This document shows positions 1 through 11,034 of a stretch of 64,000 nt of DNA, piece after piece. Every line of letters starts with the position of its first letter. Positions within the stretch are counted from its first letter, which is position 1. A model generated the notes under the pieces. It had not been told where the DNA came from and did not search any database. It saw only the letters and a list, made by a program, of their open reading frames with translations. The DNA is from Phenylobacterium sp. GTDB lineage: Bacteria; Pseudomonadota; Alphaproteobacteria; Caulobacterales; Caulobacteraceae. The stretch is taken from NCBI RefSeq assembly GCF_016793225.1, contig NZ_JAEUMN010000081.1:2001-66000 (forward strand), in the 5' to 3' direction. The translations under genes and the position numbers were made by a program.

Positions 1-740
1 AGGCGGGCGACCAGGCGCAGAGGATGCGCGACATCGCCTGCCTCCCAGGAATAGGCCGCATCGGCCTCGAGGATCCATGCGCCGGGACGCCCCCCGCGGC
101 AGCGCTCCAGCGCCACTTCGAACCGTGGGGCCCCCAGCCCGAACTCGCCCGGCGGCGGTTCCGATGGGGCGGACGCCACCCGCCAGCGACTGGCGGCCAC
201 CGAGCCGGCGCGTTCGACCTTGGCCGGCCCGCCGAACGGCCGGCGCTTGATGACGAAGCCCGTCGATCCGCGCCGCTCGCAGGCCAGCTGCAGCCGCCGG
301 CCCGCCGTCAGGTCCACGGCCTCCACCTCGCCGAACACCGCCGCGACGCCCGCGGTGGCCAGCGCGTCCTCCATCACCGCCAGCACCTCGGCCTCGTCGC
401 GGGCGCAAACCTGGATCAGGCGCTCGGGCGGAAAGCCCAGACCGTCGAGGCCCGGCGCCCAGAGGTCGTCGCGCCGGAAGACCCAGACCGCCTCGCCGCC
501 CTTGGCGAGCGGAGCCGCCGCCAGGGCCGCGAACCCCGCCGGCGCCGCGGAGGTTTCGGCTTCCAGACCCGGCCCGACGATCTCGTGCCAGCGCCCCAGC
601 GAGAGGCCGCCGCCCGGCAGGCAGCCGTCGATCTCGTTCGCTCCGAAAGGCAGCGCGCCGGCCGCCGCGCGCCCGCCCGTCTCGAGCGCCGCGACCTTCG
701 CCCGGATCGCGGCGAGCTTCTGGCCGCGAAAATCGGACAT
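1..740 (-). CDS. imuA: ImuA-like SOS mutagenesis protein (partial; 3' end leaves the window)
   Basis: Absent from the ORF track because it runs off the edge. Reverse translation from ATG (740-738) gives MSDFRGQKLAAIRAKVAALETGGRAAAGALPFGANEIDGCLPGGGLSLGRWHEIVG, the ImuA hallmark LPFG..ID..LPGGGL..G..HE. AGGAG lies about 10 nt upstream and an SOS box sits in the promoter. Confidence 0.7.
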   Translation of the reverse strand, partial: MSDFRGQKLAAIRAKVAALETGGRAAAGALPFGANEIDGCLPGGGLSLGRWHEIVGPGLEAETSAAPAGFAALAAAPLAKGGEAVWVFRRDDLWAPGLDGLGFPPERLIQVCARDEAEVLAVMEDALATAGVAAVFGEVEAVDLTAGRRLQLACERRGSTGFVIKRRPFGGPAKVERAGSVAASRWRVASAPSEPPPGEFGLGAPRFEVALERCRGGRPGAWILEADAAYSWEAGDVAHPLRLVAR

Positions 741-758
741 GGCTTCGGGACTCCTTTT

Positions 759-773
759 GTTCCACTTTCGTTC
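759..773 (-). promoter_or_regulatory. Alphaproteobacterial LexA (SOS) box GTTC-N7-GTTC upstream of imuA
   Basis: Plus strand reads GTTCcactttcGTTC (759-762 and 770-773), 19 nt upstream of the imuA ATG. It matches the direct-repeat LexA operator known for Caulobacter and other alphaproteobacteria. Confidence 0.65.
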
Positions 774-889
774 TAGGCCTGAGAACGCCGGAGTCAAGGC
801 TCGGGTTCGAGGCCGCGGTCATCGAGATTCCCGTCCGGGGGATGTCGGCCTAGGCTCGCCGCGAGCGTCCTTGAGGTGGGAGGTTCCGC

Positions 890-2008
890 ATGACCGACGC
901 CATTCGACTGCTGATCGGGACGCGAAAGGGCGCCTGGATCTACGAGAGCCGCGACCGGGCGGCCTGGTCCGTGGAAGGCCCGCTGTTCCTGGGCCAGATC
1001 ATCAACCACTTCGTCCAGGACCCGCGCGATCCCGGCGTCCTGCTGATGGCCGCCTCGACGGGCCACCTCGGGCCCACCATCCTGCGCTCGACCGACGGCG
1101 GGAAGAGCTGGACCGAGGCCAGGACGCCGCCGGCCTTCCCGAAGGGCGAACCGCACGGGCGTTCCGTGGACCACTCGTTCTGGCTGGAGCCCGGACACCC
1201 TTCCGAGCCCGGCGTCTGGTGGGCGGGCGTCTCCCCGCCGGCCCTCTTCCGCAGCGCGGACGGCGGCGACACCTGGGCGGGCGTCGACGGCCTGAACCAG
1301 CACCCCATGGTCCTGGAATGGTTCCCCCCGGAGGGCGGCACGCCGGACGGCGCGATCCTCAACCAGGTGGTGATCGACCCCCGCGACGCGCGGCACATGT
1401 ACCTGGCCACGTGCTCGGCCGGCGTGCTCGAGACCCTGGACCAGGGCCGCACCTGGCGCCCGTTGAACCAGAACGTCCGCTGCGACTTCCTGCCCGACCC
1501 CTATCCGGAGTTCGGCCAGGACAGCCACTACATCGCGCTCGCGCCCACCGACCCCGATCGGATCTGGCAGCAGAACCATTGCGGGATCTATCGCCTGGAC
1601 CGCCCCGGGGAGCGCTGGACGCGGATCGGCGAAGCCATGCCGCCGGACGTCGGCGACATCGGCTTCACCATCATCCCCCACGCCCGCGACCGCGACACCG
1701 CCTGGGTCTGGCCGATGGACGGGACCGAGGCCTGGCCGCGCACGAGCCCGGGCGGGCGACCCGCCGCCTACCGCACCCGCGACGGCGGCGCGTCCTGGGA
1801 GCGGCAGGACCGGGGCTTCCCCGCCGAGCAGGGCTGGTTCACCGTCAAGCGCCAGGCGTTCAGCGGCGACCGCGGCGACCCCATGGGGCTCTACATCGGC
1901 ACGACGGGGGGCGAGATCTGGATGAGCGGCGACGAGGGCGCGAACTGGCGGCAGATCGCAGCCCATCTTCCCGAGATCTACTCGGTGACGGTCGCCACCG
2001 GCTCATGA
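890..2008 (+). CDS. BNR/sialidase-like beta-propeller protein (glycosyl-hydrolase-like, no signal peptide seen)
   Basis: 372-aa ORF with GGGAGG RBS. Repeated S-x-D-x-G-x-T/S-W motifs: STDGGKSWTE, SADGGDTWAG, TLDQGRTWRP, TRDGGASWER, SGDEGANWRQ. Confidence 0.75.
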   Translation: MTDAIRLLIGTRKGAWIYESRDRAAWSVEGPLFLGQIINHFVQDPRDPGVLLMAASTGHLGPTILRSTDGGKSWTEARTPPAFPKGEPHGRSVDHSFWLEPGHPSEPGVWWAGVSPPALFRSADGGDTWAGVDGLNQHPMVLEWFPPEGGTPDGAILNQVVIDPRDARHMYLATCSAGVLETLDQGRTWRPLNQNVRCDFLPDPYPEFGQDSHYIALAPTDPDRIWQQNHCGIYRLDRPGERWTRIGEAMPPDVGDIGFTIIPHARDRDTAWVWPMDGTEAWPRTSPGGRPAAYRTRDGGASWERQDRGFPAEQGWFTVKRQAFSGDRGDPMGLYIGTTGGEIWMSGDEGANWRQIAAHLPEIYSVTVATGS

Positions 2009-2268
2009 TCCGCGTCTCCATCCCCTCGCAGCTCATCGCCTACACGAACGGCGCGACCCGCGTGGAGGCCGAGGGGGCGTCCGTGGCCGAGGTGCTGGAC
2101 GACCTGGACCGGCGCTTTCCCGGCCTGAAGTTCCGCGTGGTGGACGAGCAGGACCGCATCCGCCGGCACGTCCGGATCTTCGTCGGCCCGGAGGAGGCGA
2201 AGACCATGGACGTACCGGTCGGTACCGGCGCCGAAGTCCTGCTCTTCGGCGCCCTCAGCGGCGGCTAG
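2005..2268 (+). CDS. MoaD/ThiS-family ubiquitin-like small protein with C-terminal Gly-Gly
   Basis: ATG 2005 overlaps the upstream TGA (ATGA). 87 aa, MIRVSIPSQL...FGALSGG; size and terminal GG fit the beta-grasp sulfur-carrier family. Confidence 0.7.
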   Translation: MIRVSIPSQLIAYTNGATRVEAEGASVAEVLDDLDRRFPGLKFRVVDEQDRIRRHVRIFVGPEEAKTMDVPVGTGAEVLLFGALSGG

Positions 2269-3839
2269 AACTTCAGGACGCGGGCTTCCTTCACGTGCGG
2301 AAGGCCCTGGATCTTGGCCAGTAGCTTGCCGTCGGGCTCCTGGTCCACGCCCACCAGCGCGATCGCGTCGTCGCCCGCGTCGATGCGGCCCAGGTTGAAG
2401 GTGGCGATGTTCACGCCCGCCTCGCCCAGGAGGCCGCCCAGCGCGCCGATGAAGCCCGGCTTGTCCAGGTTGTTCACATAGAGCATGCGCGGCAGGAACG
2501 GGGCGTCGAGCTCCATGCCCTTCACCTCGACGATACGCGGCGCGCCGGCCATGACCGAGCCCGCGAACGAGCGCTTGCCCTTCTCGGTCTGGACGGTGAT
2601 CCGCATCAGGCTCTCGTAGATCGGCGAGTCCTCCTGGCGGCTTTCCGAGACCGTGATGCCCCGCTCCTTCGCCACCGCCGGCGCCGAGACCATGTTGATC
2701 TCGGCCAGCATGGGACGCATCACGCCGGCCAGGGCGGCGGCGCTCATGGGCTTGGTGTTGAGCTTGGAGATCTCGCCCTCGAAGGCGATGTCCACGGCCT
2801 TGATCCCGTAGTCGAGCATCTGCCCGGCCAGCGAGCCCAGCTTCTCGGCCAGCGCCACGAACGGCTTCAGGCGCGGCGCCTCCTCGGCGGTGACCGAGGG
2901 GCTGTTCAGGGCGTTGGTGACGGCGCCGGTGAGCAGGTAGTCGCTGATCTGCTCGGCGACCTGCAGGGCCACGTTCTCCTGGGCCTCGTTGGTCGAGGCG
3001 CCGAGGTGCGGGGTGGCCACGAAGTTGGGCGCGCCGAACAGCACGTTCTCCTTCGCCGGCTCCTTCACGAAGACGTCGAAGGCCGCGCCGCCCACGTGCC
3101 CGCTCTCCAGCGCCGCGCGCAGGGCCTCCTCGTCGACGAGGCCGCCGCGGGCGCAGTTGATGATCATCACGCCCTTGCGGCACTTGGCGATGTTCTCGGC
3201 CGACAGGATGTTGCGGGTCTTGTCGGTCAGGGGCGTGTGCAGGGTGATGAAGTCGGCCCGCGCCAGCAGGTCGTCCAGTTCGACCTTCTCGACGCCCATC
3301 TCCACGGCACGCTCCTCCGAGAGGAAGGGGTCGTAGGCGATGACCTTCATCTTCAGGCCCAGCGCGCGGTCGGCGACGATGCCGCCGATGTTGCCGGCGC
3401 CGATCAGGCCCAGGGTCTTGGCGTAGAGCTCGACGCCCATGAACCGGCTCTTCTCCCACTTGCCCGCCTGGGTGGAGACGTCGGCGGCGGGAAGCTGGCG
3501 GGCCAGCGCGAACATCATGGCGATGGCGTGCTCGGCGGTAGTGATCGAGTTTCCGAACGGGGTGTTCATCACCACGACGCCGGCGGCGGTGGCGGCCGGG
3601 ATGTCGATGTTGTCGACGCCGATCCCGGCGCGGCCGATCACCTTCAGGTTCTTGGCGGCGGCGATGACGTCCTTGTTGGGCTTGGTGTCCGAGCGGACGA
3701 CGAGGCCGTCGTAGTCGCCGATGACGGCGATCAGCTCCTCCTTGGAGAGGCCGGTCTTGATGTCGGTGTCGACGCCGCGCTGGCGGAAGATGTCGACGGC
3801 GGCGGGGCTGAGGCTGTCGGCGATGAGAACGCGGGGCAT
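2265..3839 (-). CDS. serA: D-3-phosphoglycerate dehydrogenase (long form with ACT domain)
   Basis: Starts MPRVLIADSLSPAAV; NAD site GLIGAGNIGG; PHLGAST motif; C-terminal ACT-like region. The 920-aa ORF in the track is an artefactual N-terminal extension. Confidence 0.95.
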   Translation of the reverse strand: MPRVLIADSLSPAAVDIFRQRGVDTDIKTGLSKEELIAVIGDYDGLVVRSDTKPNKDVIAAAKNLKVIGRAGIGVDNIDIPAATAAGVVVMNTPFGNSITTAEHAIAMMFALARQLPAADVSTQAGKWEKSRFMGVELYAKTLGLIGAGNIGGIVADRALGLKMKVIAYDPFLSEERAVEMGVEKVELDDLLARADFITLHTPLTDKTRNILSAENIAKCRKGVMIINCARGGLVDEEALRAALESGHVGGAAFDVFVKEPAKENVLFGAPNFVATPHLGASTNEAQENVALQVAEQISDYLLTGAVTNALNSPSVTAEEAPRLKPFVALAEKLGSLAGQMLDYGIKAVDIAFEGEISKLNTKPMSAAALAGVMRPMLAEINMVSAPAVAKERGITVSESRQEDSPIYESLMRITVQTEKGKRSFAGSVMAGAPRIVEVKGMELDAPFLPRMLYVNNLDKPGFIGALGGLLGEAGVNIATFNLGRIDAGDDAIALVGVDQEPDGKLLAKIQGLPHVKEARVLKF

Positions 3840-3916
3840 GAGAGTGCTCCTGTGGAAGCGCGCTCCCGGCCGGGCCGGGAGGCTCGATGTCGATGGATGG
3901 AGGCCGCGCGGGCGGC

Positions 3917-5086
3917 TCAGGCGGCGAGGAGTTCGGCGGCGACGGAGGCGAAGGCCCAGTCGAGCCACGGCGTGAGCGCGTCCACGTCGGACGTCTCGAC
4001 CGTGGCGCCGCACCAGATCCGCAGACCGGGCGGGGCGTCGCGGTAGCCGCCGATGTCGAGGGCGACGCCCTCCTTCTCGAGCAGCGAGGCCAGCTTCTTG
4101 GCGAAGTCGGCCTGGGCGTCGTCCGAGAGGCCGGCGATCCGGGGATCCACGACCTTCAGGCACACCGAGGTGTTGGACCGCGTGGCCGGATCCTCGGGCA
4201 GGAACTCCACCCAGGGGGTCTTGGCCACCCAGTCGGCCAGGATCGCCAGGTTCGCGTCGGCGCGGCGGCGCATCTCGGCCAGGCCGCCGATCGCCTCGGC
4301 CCACTTCAGGGCGTCGACGGCGTCCTCGACGCACAGCATGGACGGCGTGTTGATGGTCGAGCCCTCGAAGATCTCGAGGTTGACCTTGCCGCCCTTGGTC
4401 ATGCGGAAGAGCTTCGGCATCGGCCACGCCGGCGTGTAGCTCTCCAGCCGCTCGACCGCGCGCGGGCCCAGGATCAGGACGCCGTGCGCGCCTTCCCCGC
4501 CCAGGGCCTTCTGCCAGGAGAAGGTCACCACATCGAGCTTGGCCCAGTCGAGCGCCTGGGCGAACGCCGCCGAGGTGGCGTCGCAGATGACGATCCCCTC
4601 GCGGTCGGCCGCGATGAAGTCGGCGTTCGGCACGCGGACGCCCGAGGTGGTGCCGTTCCAGGTGAAGACCAGGTCGGCGTCCCTGCGCACCTTGGCCAGG
4701 TCGGGCAGCCGGCCGTACGGCGCGGACAGGACCTCGGCCTCGATCTTGAGCTGCTTGGTGACGTCGGTCACCCAGTCCTTGCCGAAGCTCTCGAAGGCCA
4801 GGAGCTGGACCGGCTTCGGCCCCAGCATCGACCACATGGCCATCTCGACGGCGCCGGTGTCGGAGCCGGGCACGATGCCGATCAGGAAGTCGTCCGGGAC
4901 CTGCAGCACGGCGCGCGTGCGGTCGATCGCTTCCTTCAGGCGCGCCTTGCCCAGCTTCGACCGGTGCGATCGGCCGAGGACGGCGTTGGCGAGCGTTTCG
5001 GGGTTCCATCCGGGGCGCTTGGCGCACGGGCCGGACGAAAATTCAGGGCGAGCCGGGCGCATGGCCGGCTTCGGCAGGGTGTTCAC
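3917..5086 (-). CDS. serC: Phosphoserine aminotransferase (alphaproteobacterial type)
   Basis: GTG at 5086 is preceded by AGGAGA 8 nt upstream. Sequence [26 protein letters not shown]...FSWQKALGG (PLP Lys context). Same strand and adjacent to serA. Confidence 0.9.
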   Translation of the reverse strand: MNTLPKPAMRPARPEFSSGPCAKRPGWNPETLANAVLGRSHRSKLGKARLKEAIDRTRAVLQVPDDFLIGIVPGSDTGAVEMAMWSMLGPKPVQLLAFESFGKDWVTDVTKQLKIEAEVLSAPYGRLPDLAKVRRDADLVFTWNGTTSGVRVPNADFIAADREGIVICDATSAAFAQALDWAKLDVVTFSWQKALGGEGAHGVLILGPRAVERLESYTPAWPMPKLFRMTKGGKVNLEIFEGSTINTPSMLCVEDAVDALKWAEAIGGLAEMRRRADANLAILADWVAKTPWVEFLPEDPATRSNTSVCLKVVDPRIAGLSDDAQADFAKKLASLLEKEGVALDIGGYRDAPPGLRIWCGATVETSDVDALTPWLDWAFASVAAELLAA

Positions 5087-5258
5087 AGCGATGTCTCCTA
5101 TCCTCGCAGATAGGCAGCGCCCCGTTGGGAGGGCGTGGCCCGCGGGCCAAAAGCCTCGGTTTGCGCCGCGGCGCAAGCGAAAGTTCGTTCACGAAACCTG
5201 AAGCGCGGCCATTTGCGCCCAGCGCCGCCCGCGGCGGGGTGGCGGCGGCTGCGACGAT

Positions 5259-6170
5259 GTGATCCAAGCCGGCATGCAATCGCGCGCGGGCTTCGACTGG
5301 GCGGTGATGGCCCTGCTCGTGGCCATCTGGGGGTCCGGCTTCGCCTTCCTGAAGGTGGCGACCGAGCACATCGATCCGCTCTGGACGTCGGCCATCCGCA
5401 CGGGCGTGGCGACGCTGACGCTCGCCGTGGCCCTGGTCGTGAAGGGCGATCGGTTGCCGCCGCTCCGGCACCCGGCCTGGCGGGCCTACCTGTTCCTGGG
5501 CGCGGTCGGCATGGCGATCCCGCTGGGCTTCTTCGCCTATGCGTCGCAGCGCACGCCCAGCGCGGTGGTGGCCATCTGCAACGGCGCCTCGCCCATCTTC
5601 ACCGGCGTGCTCGCCCACATCTTCCTGGCGGGCGATCGCCTGACGCCGAGCAAGACGCTGGGGATCGCGATCGGCTTCGCGGGCCTCGTGGCCCTGGTCG
5701 CGCCGCGCCTCGCGGCGGGCGCGTCCGTCGAGGCGCTGGCGCTGTCGGCGGCGCTGTTCGGATCGCTGCTGTACGCGATCGCCAACGTGGCCACGCGCAC
5801 GGCGCCGCATGTGTCGGCCTCGGTGGGCGCGCTGATGATGGTGGGGTGGGCGTTCGTGGTCGCCATCGGCCTGGCGGCGGCGTTCGAGGCGCCGCCGGCC
5901 TGGCCCATCCCGACGCCGTCGCTGGCCGCCGTGCTCGTCCTGGGCGCGGTGTCGACCGGCCTTTCGAACATCGGCTACGTGTTCCTCGTCCAGCGGCGAG
6001 GGCCGCTGTTCATGTCGATGTCGATCTATCTCGCCCCCTGCATCGCCACGGCCCTGGGGATGGCGATGCTGGGCGAGCGGCCCGGATGGCCGGCGTTCGT
6101 GGCGCTGGGCCTGATCCTTCTGGGCGTCGCGCTGGCGACGATGACGCCACGGTGGCCGGCGCGGTCGTGA
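5259..6170 (+). CDS. EamA/DMT-family transporter
   Basis: 303 aa, about 10 predicted hydrophobic helices with a duplicated EamA-like architecture (WGSGFAFLKVA...). Confidence 0.8.
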   Translation: MIQAGMQSRAGFDWAVMALLVAIWGSGFAFLKVATEHIDPLWTSAIRTGVATLTLAVALVVKGDRLPPLRHPAWRAYLFLGAVGMAIPLGFFAYASQRTPSAVVAICNGASPIFTGVLAHIFLAGDRLTPSKTLGIAIGFAGLVALVAPRLAAGASVEALALSAALFGSLLYAIANVATRTAPHVSASVGALMMVGWAFVVAIGLAAAFEAPPAWPIPTPSLAAVLVLGAVSTGLSNIGYVFLVQRRGPLFMSMSIYLAPCIATALGMAMLGERPGWPAFVALGLILLGVALATMTPRWPARS

Positions 6171-6216
6171 GTGCGGAGCGCGGCCCACGTCCCCGCGCCG
6201 TCCTCCGCGGGCGGCG

Positions 6217-6681
6217 TCAGGCCGCTTCCTGCTGCGCCAGCTGGGTCGAGCGTGCGCGGGCGCGCCGGACGCGCGCGCGCCAGGAGGTCGCCGTGCCGAT
6301 GATCAGGCACCACACGACCCCGTTCCAGTTGATGTTGTTGATGAGCGCGATCCAGTAGTCGACCGGCCGCTCCATCACGATCAGGTAGGAATGCAGGGCG
6401 AACTGCGCGGCGTAGAAGAGCATGGCGCCGCCCATCCAGGGCGCGCCGAAGCGGAGGGTGATCGCCAGCAGGGCCAGCGCGGCCAGGCCGTCGTTGCCCA
6501 GGCGGACGACCTCCCCGAGGTCGGCGAGGTGCCGGCCGGCGAGATAGCCGACGGCTACGTTGACGATCACGACGCCTGCGGCCAGGCGTTCGGCGGCGCC
6601 GCCCTTCCAGAAGGCGAAGATCCCGGCGAAAACCGAGAAAGCCTGAAGGGCCAGGTAGAGCAGATGCCCGGACATGATCAA
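6217..6681 (-). CDS. Hypothetical integral membrane protein
   Basis: 154 aa with 4-5 hydrophobic segments and high GC3; no family recognised. Confidence 0.55.
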   Translation of the reverse strand: MIMSGHLLYLALQAFSVFAGIFAFWKGGAAERLAAGVVIVNVAVGYLAGRHLADLGEVVRLGNDGLAALALLAITLRFGAPWMGGAMLFYAAQFALHSYLIVMERPVDYWIALINNINWNGVVWCLIIGTATSWRARVRRARARSTQLAQQEAA

Positions 6682-6760
6682 GCGCCCCTAATGCACACCA
6701 GGGGCGCCCAACCAGTTAAAGTCTTGCAACGATCGGTCGAGCGACCGGCCTAGCGGCCGA

Positions 6761-7096
6761 TCAGCCGACCTCGCGCATGGTCGTGACGGAGTGGTCGACC
6801 GCTTGCGGCGGCTTTTCCATGTTGTCCATCTTCGTGCGGATGCCGAGGCGGAGCTTGGCCTCGTTGAGCTCGGTGTGGACAGCGACCATGGCCGTGCGAG
6901 CTTCGCTCAGCGCCTTGATGGCTTCCATCATCTTGACCTGCACGTCGTCGGCGAAGACCAGCGACGCGTTCACGTCCTTGCGGGCCTTCAGCATTTCGCT
7001 GAGCAGCTCGGCGGCCTCAACCATAGCACCGTCCACCGCCGCTTCGGTGGTGAACAGCTTCTTGGCCACACGCTGGGCCACGAAGACCTTTTCCAT
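6761..7096 (-). CDS. Hypothetical small helical protein
   Basis: Start taken at MEKVFVAQRVAKKLF (ATG 7096). 111 aa, coding-like codon usage; no family recognised. Confidence 0.5.
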   Translation of the reverse strand: MEKVFVAQRVAKKLFTTEAAVDGAMVEAAELLSEMLKARKDVNASLVFADDVQVKMMEAIKALSEARTAMVAVHTELNEAKLRLGIRTKMDNMEKPPQAVDHSVTTMREVG

Positions 7097-7326
7097 TGAT
7101 TGCACCCCTAGAGTTGACCCGACACCCGTTAAGGTAAAGCAGAGGTTACCGCACACGCAACCGATTCAGTGGTTGTTAACCATAATTTTGCCCGCACAGG
7201 GTTGTGCCGTGGCCGAAATGGCACAGCTTTGCCGCCATTGGCGGGGCGGGGCGGCGCCCACGCTGGGTTGCAGTTTGGCCCACGGAAGCGAAGCGTTAGG
7301 ACTCGGCGCGCTAAGACGGGCGCGTC

Positions 7327-9240
<1,914 letters not shown>

Positions 9241-9365
9241 CAGGCTCGTCATCTAGGTGAACCTGAGCCAACCGCGCGGCTCAGAACCACTTCAGGCGGT
9301 CCGTGTTCTTTTGGCTCCATCGAAGGCCGGCTCCTCAGCCGACCACGGATCGGAGGACCCGAAAC

Positions 9366-9755
9366 ATGAAGACGATCGCTCTCACCGCCCTGGCCGCCGC
9401 CGCCGCCGTCGCCACGGTCGCCGCCCCCGCCGCCGCGCAGCCGTACGGCCGCGACCATCACCGCTACGAGGCGGACCGCTACGGCGCGGACCGCGGCGAC
9501 TACAACCTGAACAAGCGGCAGAACCACCTGCAGAACTCGATCGAGCGCGGCGTCCGCCTCGGCAGCCTGACGCGCTGGGAAGCCCGCCGCCTGCAGGCCG
9601 AGTTCAACGAGGTCGCGCGGCTGGAGGCCCGCTACCGCTACAACGGCCTCTCGAACTGGGAACGGTCGGACCTCGACCGCCGCTTCGACCGGCTGGAGCG
9701 TCAGATCCAGCTGGCGCGCAGCGACACCGACCGTCGCAACTACTCGCGCCGCTAA
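9366..9755 (+). CDS. Small secreted protein (signal peptide, Arg/Asp-rich helical)
   Basis: MKTIALTALAAAAAVATVAAPAAA-QP signal peptide. 129 aa. Followed by a strong terminator hairpin. Confidence 0.6.
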   Translation: MKTIALTALAAAAAVATVAAPAAAQPYGRDHHRYEADRYGADRGDYNLNKRQNHLQNSIERGVRLGSLTRWEARRLQAEFNEVARLEARYRYNGLSNWERSDLDRRFDRLERQIQLARSDTDRRNYSRR

Positions 9756-9784
9756 TCGCGCGGCAGCGTTGTTCTAGCCCAAGG

Positions 9785-9817
9785 AAGGCGCCCCCGGACC
9801 CCCGGGGGCGCCTTTTC
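9785..9817. terminator. Intrinsic terminator hairpin between convergent genes
   Basis: 13-bp perfect stem aaggcgcccccgg / ccgggggcgcctt (9785-9797 / 9802-9814), 4-nt loop, T-tract tttt on the plus strand. Confidence 0.75.
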
Positions 9818-9820
9818 GCA

Positions 9821-10633
9821 TCAGAGCCGCAGCCGGCTCTCGACCACCGTCACGGCGCGCCCGCGGATCAGCACGCGGTCTCCGCGATGCTCACACTGCA
9901 GGTCTCCGCCGCGACCCGGGTAGGCCTGGTGGAAGCGAACCGTCGCCCGCCCCAGGCGGGTGGAGAACAGCGGGCTCAGGATGCAGTGCAGCGACCCCGT
10001 CGCGGGGTCCTCGGGGATTCCTGAGCCAGGGGCAAAGAAGCGGTCGACGACATCGTACGGGGCGTCCTTGCCGGCGACCGCCGCCACGCCCACGTTGCCG
10101 CGTCCGCCGGTGGCCGCGCTCGAGACGGCATTCAGCGCCGCCAGGTCGGGTCTGAGGCCCCGCACCGTCGCTTCCTCGTCGAACACCGCGACGAGATACG
10201 GACCCGCCCAGACCTCCGCTGGCGTGGCGCCCAGCGCCTCGGACAGGCCGTCCGGGACGTCGGTCCGCACCGGCGGCTGGGCCGGAAAGTCCATCTCGTA
10301 GCCGTCGCCCCGGCGGGCGACCGTCAGCGGCCCCGAAGCCGTGTCGAAGACGAGGCGGTCCGCCGTCAGGCCCAGTTCGGCCAGCAGCACATGCCCGGAC
10401 GCCAGCGTCGCGTGCCCGCAGAGCGGCACCTCCAGAAGCGGCGTGAACCAGCGCAGACCGAAGCGCGCCGGATCCGGCGTCCGCAGCAGGAACGCCGTTT
10501 CGGCCTGGTTGTTCTCGGCCGCGAGCGCCTGCATCCAGGCCGGGTCGGGCCAGGCCTCGAAGGGCTCGACCACGCAGGCGGGGTTGCCGCGAAACGGGGC
10601 GGACGCAAAGGCGTCGGCGGTCCACTGGCGCAC
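9821..10633 (-). CDS. PhzF-family isomerase
   Basis: GTG 10633 is preceded by [27 protein letters not shown]... and C-terminal EDPATGS motif typical of the PhzF/YddE family. Confidence 0.85.
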   Translation of the reverse strand: MRQWTADAFASAPFRGNPACVVEPFEAWPDPAWMQALAAENNQAETAFLLRTPDPARFGLRWFTPLLEVPLCGHATLASGHVLLAELGLTADRLVFDTASGPLTVARRGDGYEMDFPAQPPVRTDVPDGLSEALGATPAEVWAGPYLVAVFDEEATVRGLRPDLAALNAVSSAATGGRGNVGVAAVAGKDAPYDVVDRFFAPGSGIPEDPATGSLHCILSPLFSTRLGRATVRFHQAYPGRGGDLQCEHRGDRVLIRGRAVTVVESRLRL

Positions 10634-10764
10634 GGGGGCCTCCTTCGGTTGGCGCCTCGCACTTGCGGCGGCGGCCGCGCCTCGGCAAGGGCCAGTTCCG
10701 CGCCGCCGGACCGGGCCGCAGCCGCCCGGCCCGTCGCGCACCCTCAGGGGCTCGAGGCCGTTAC

Positions 10765-11028
10765 ATGCCCATGGACACGATCGAAGACCTGGAACGGCGC
10801 GCCGCCGAGGCCGAGGCGGCCGGCGACGTGGAGACGGCCGAGCTGCTGCGCGAGGCGATCGGACGGCTCCGCAGCGGCGATTCCGCCCTGCGCGAGCAGG
10901 CGCCGGGGAAGATGGGACTCGGATCCAGCCAGGAACGCTATGCCGCCGCCGACCGGCGACAGGGCCTGCCGAAGCGGCCCGACCCGCTGACGCGCGGCCA
11001 CAGGCCCGGCGGGCGCCGCCGCAGCTGA
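10765..11028 (+). CDS. Hypothetical small protein
   Basis: 87 aa starting [21 protein letters not shown]; very high GC3; no family recognised. Confidence 0.4.
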   Translation: MPMDTIEDLERRAAEAEAAGDVETAELLREAIGRLRSGDSALREQAPGKMGLGSSQERYAAADRRQGLPKRPDPLTRGHRPGGRRRS

Positions 11029-11034
11029 TTCCGG

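Noticed and set aside
220-2268. 682-aa plus-strand ORF (and 24-776, 794-1966) rich in Arg/Pro/Gly/Ala
   Set aside because: These are shadow frames of imuA and the BNR gene, with low-complexity RPGA composition and no motifs. Only the last 87 codons (MoaD-like, from ATG 2005) look genuine.
2265-5027. 920-aa ORF fusing serA to an upstream extension
   Set aside because: The N-terminal 395 aa are antisense or out of frame to serC and have junk composition. serA clearly starts at MPRVLIAD (3839).
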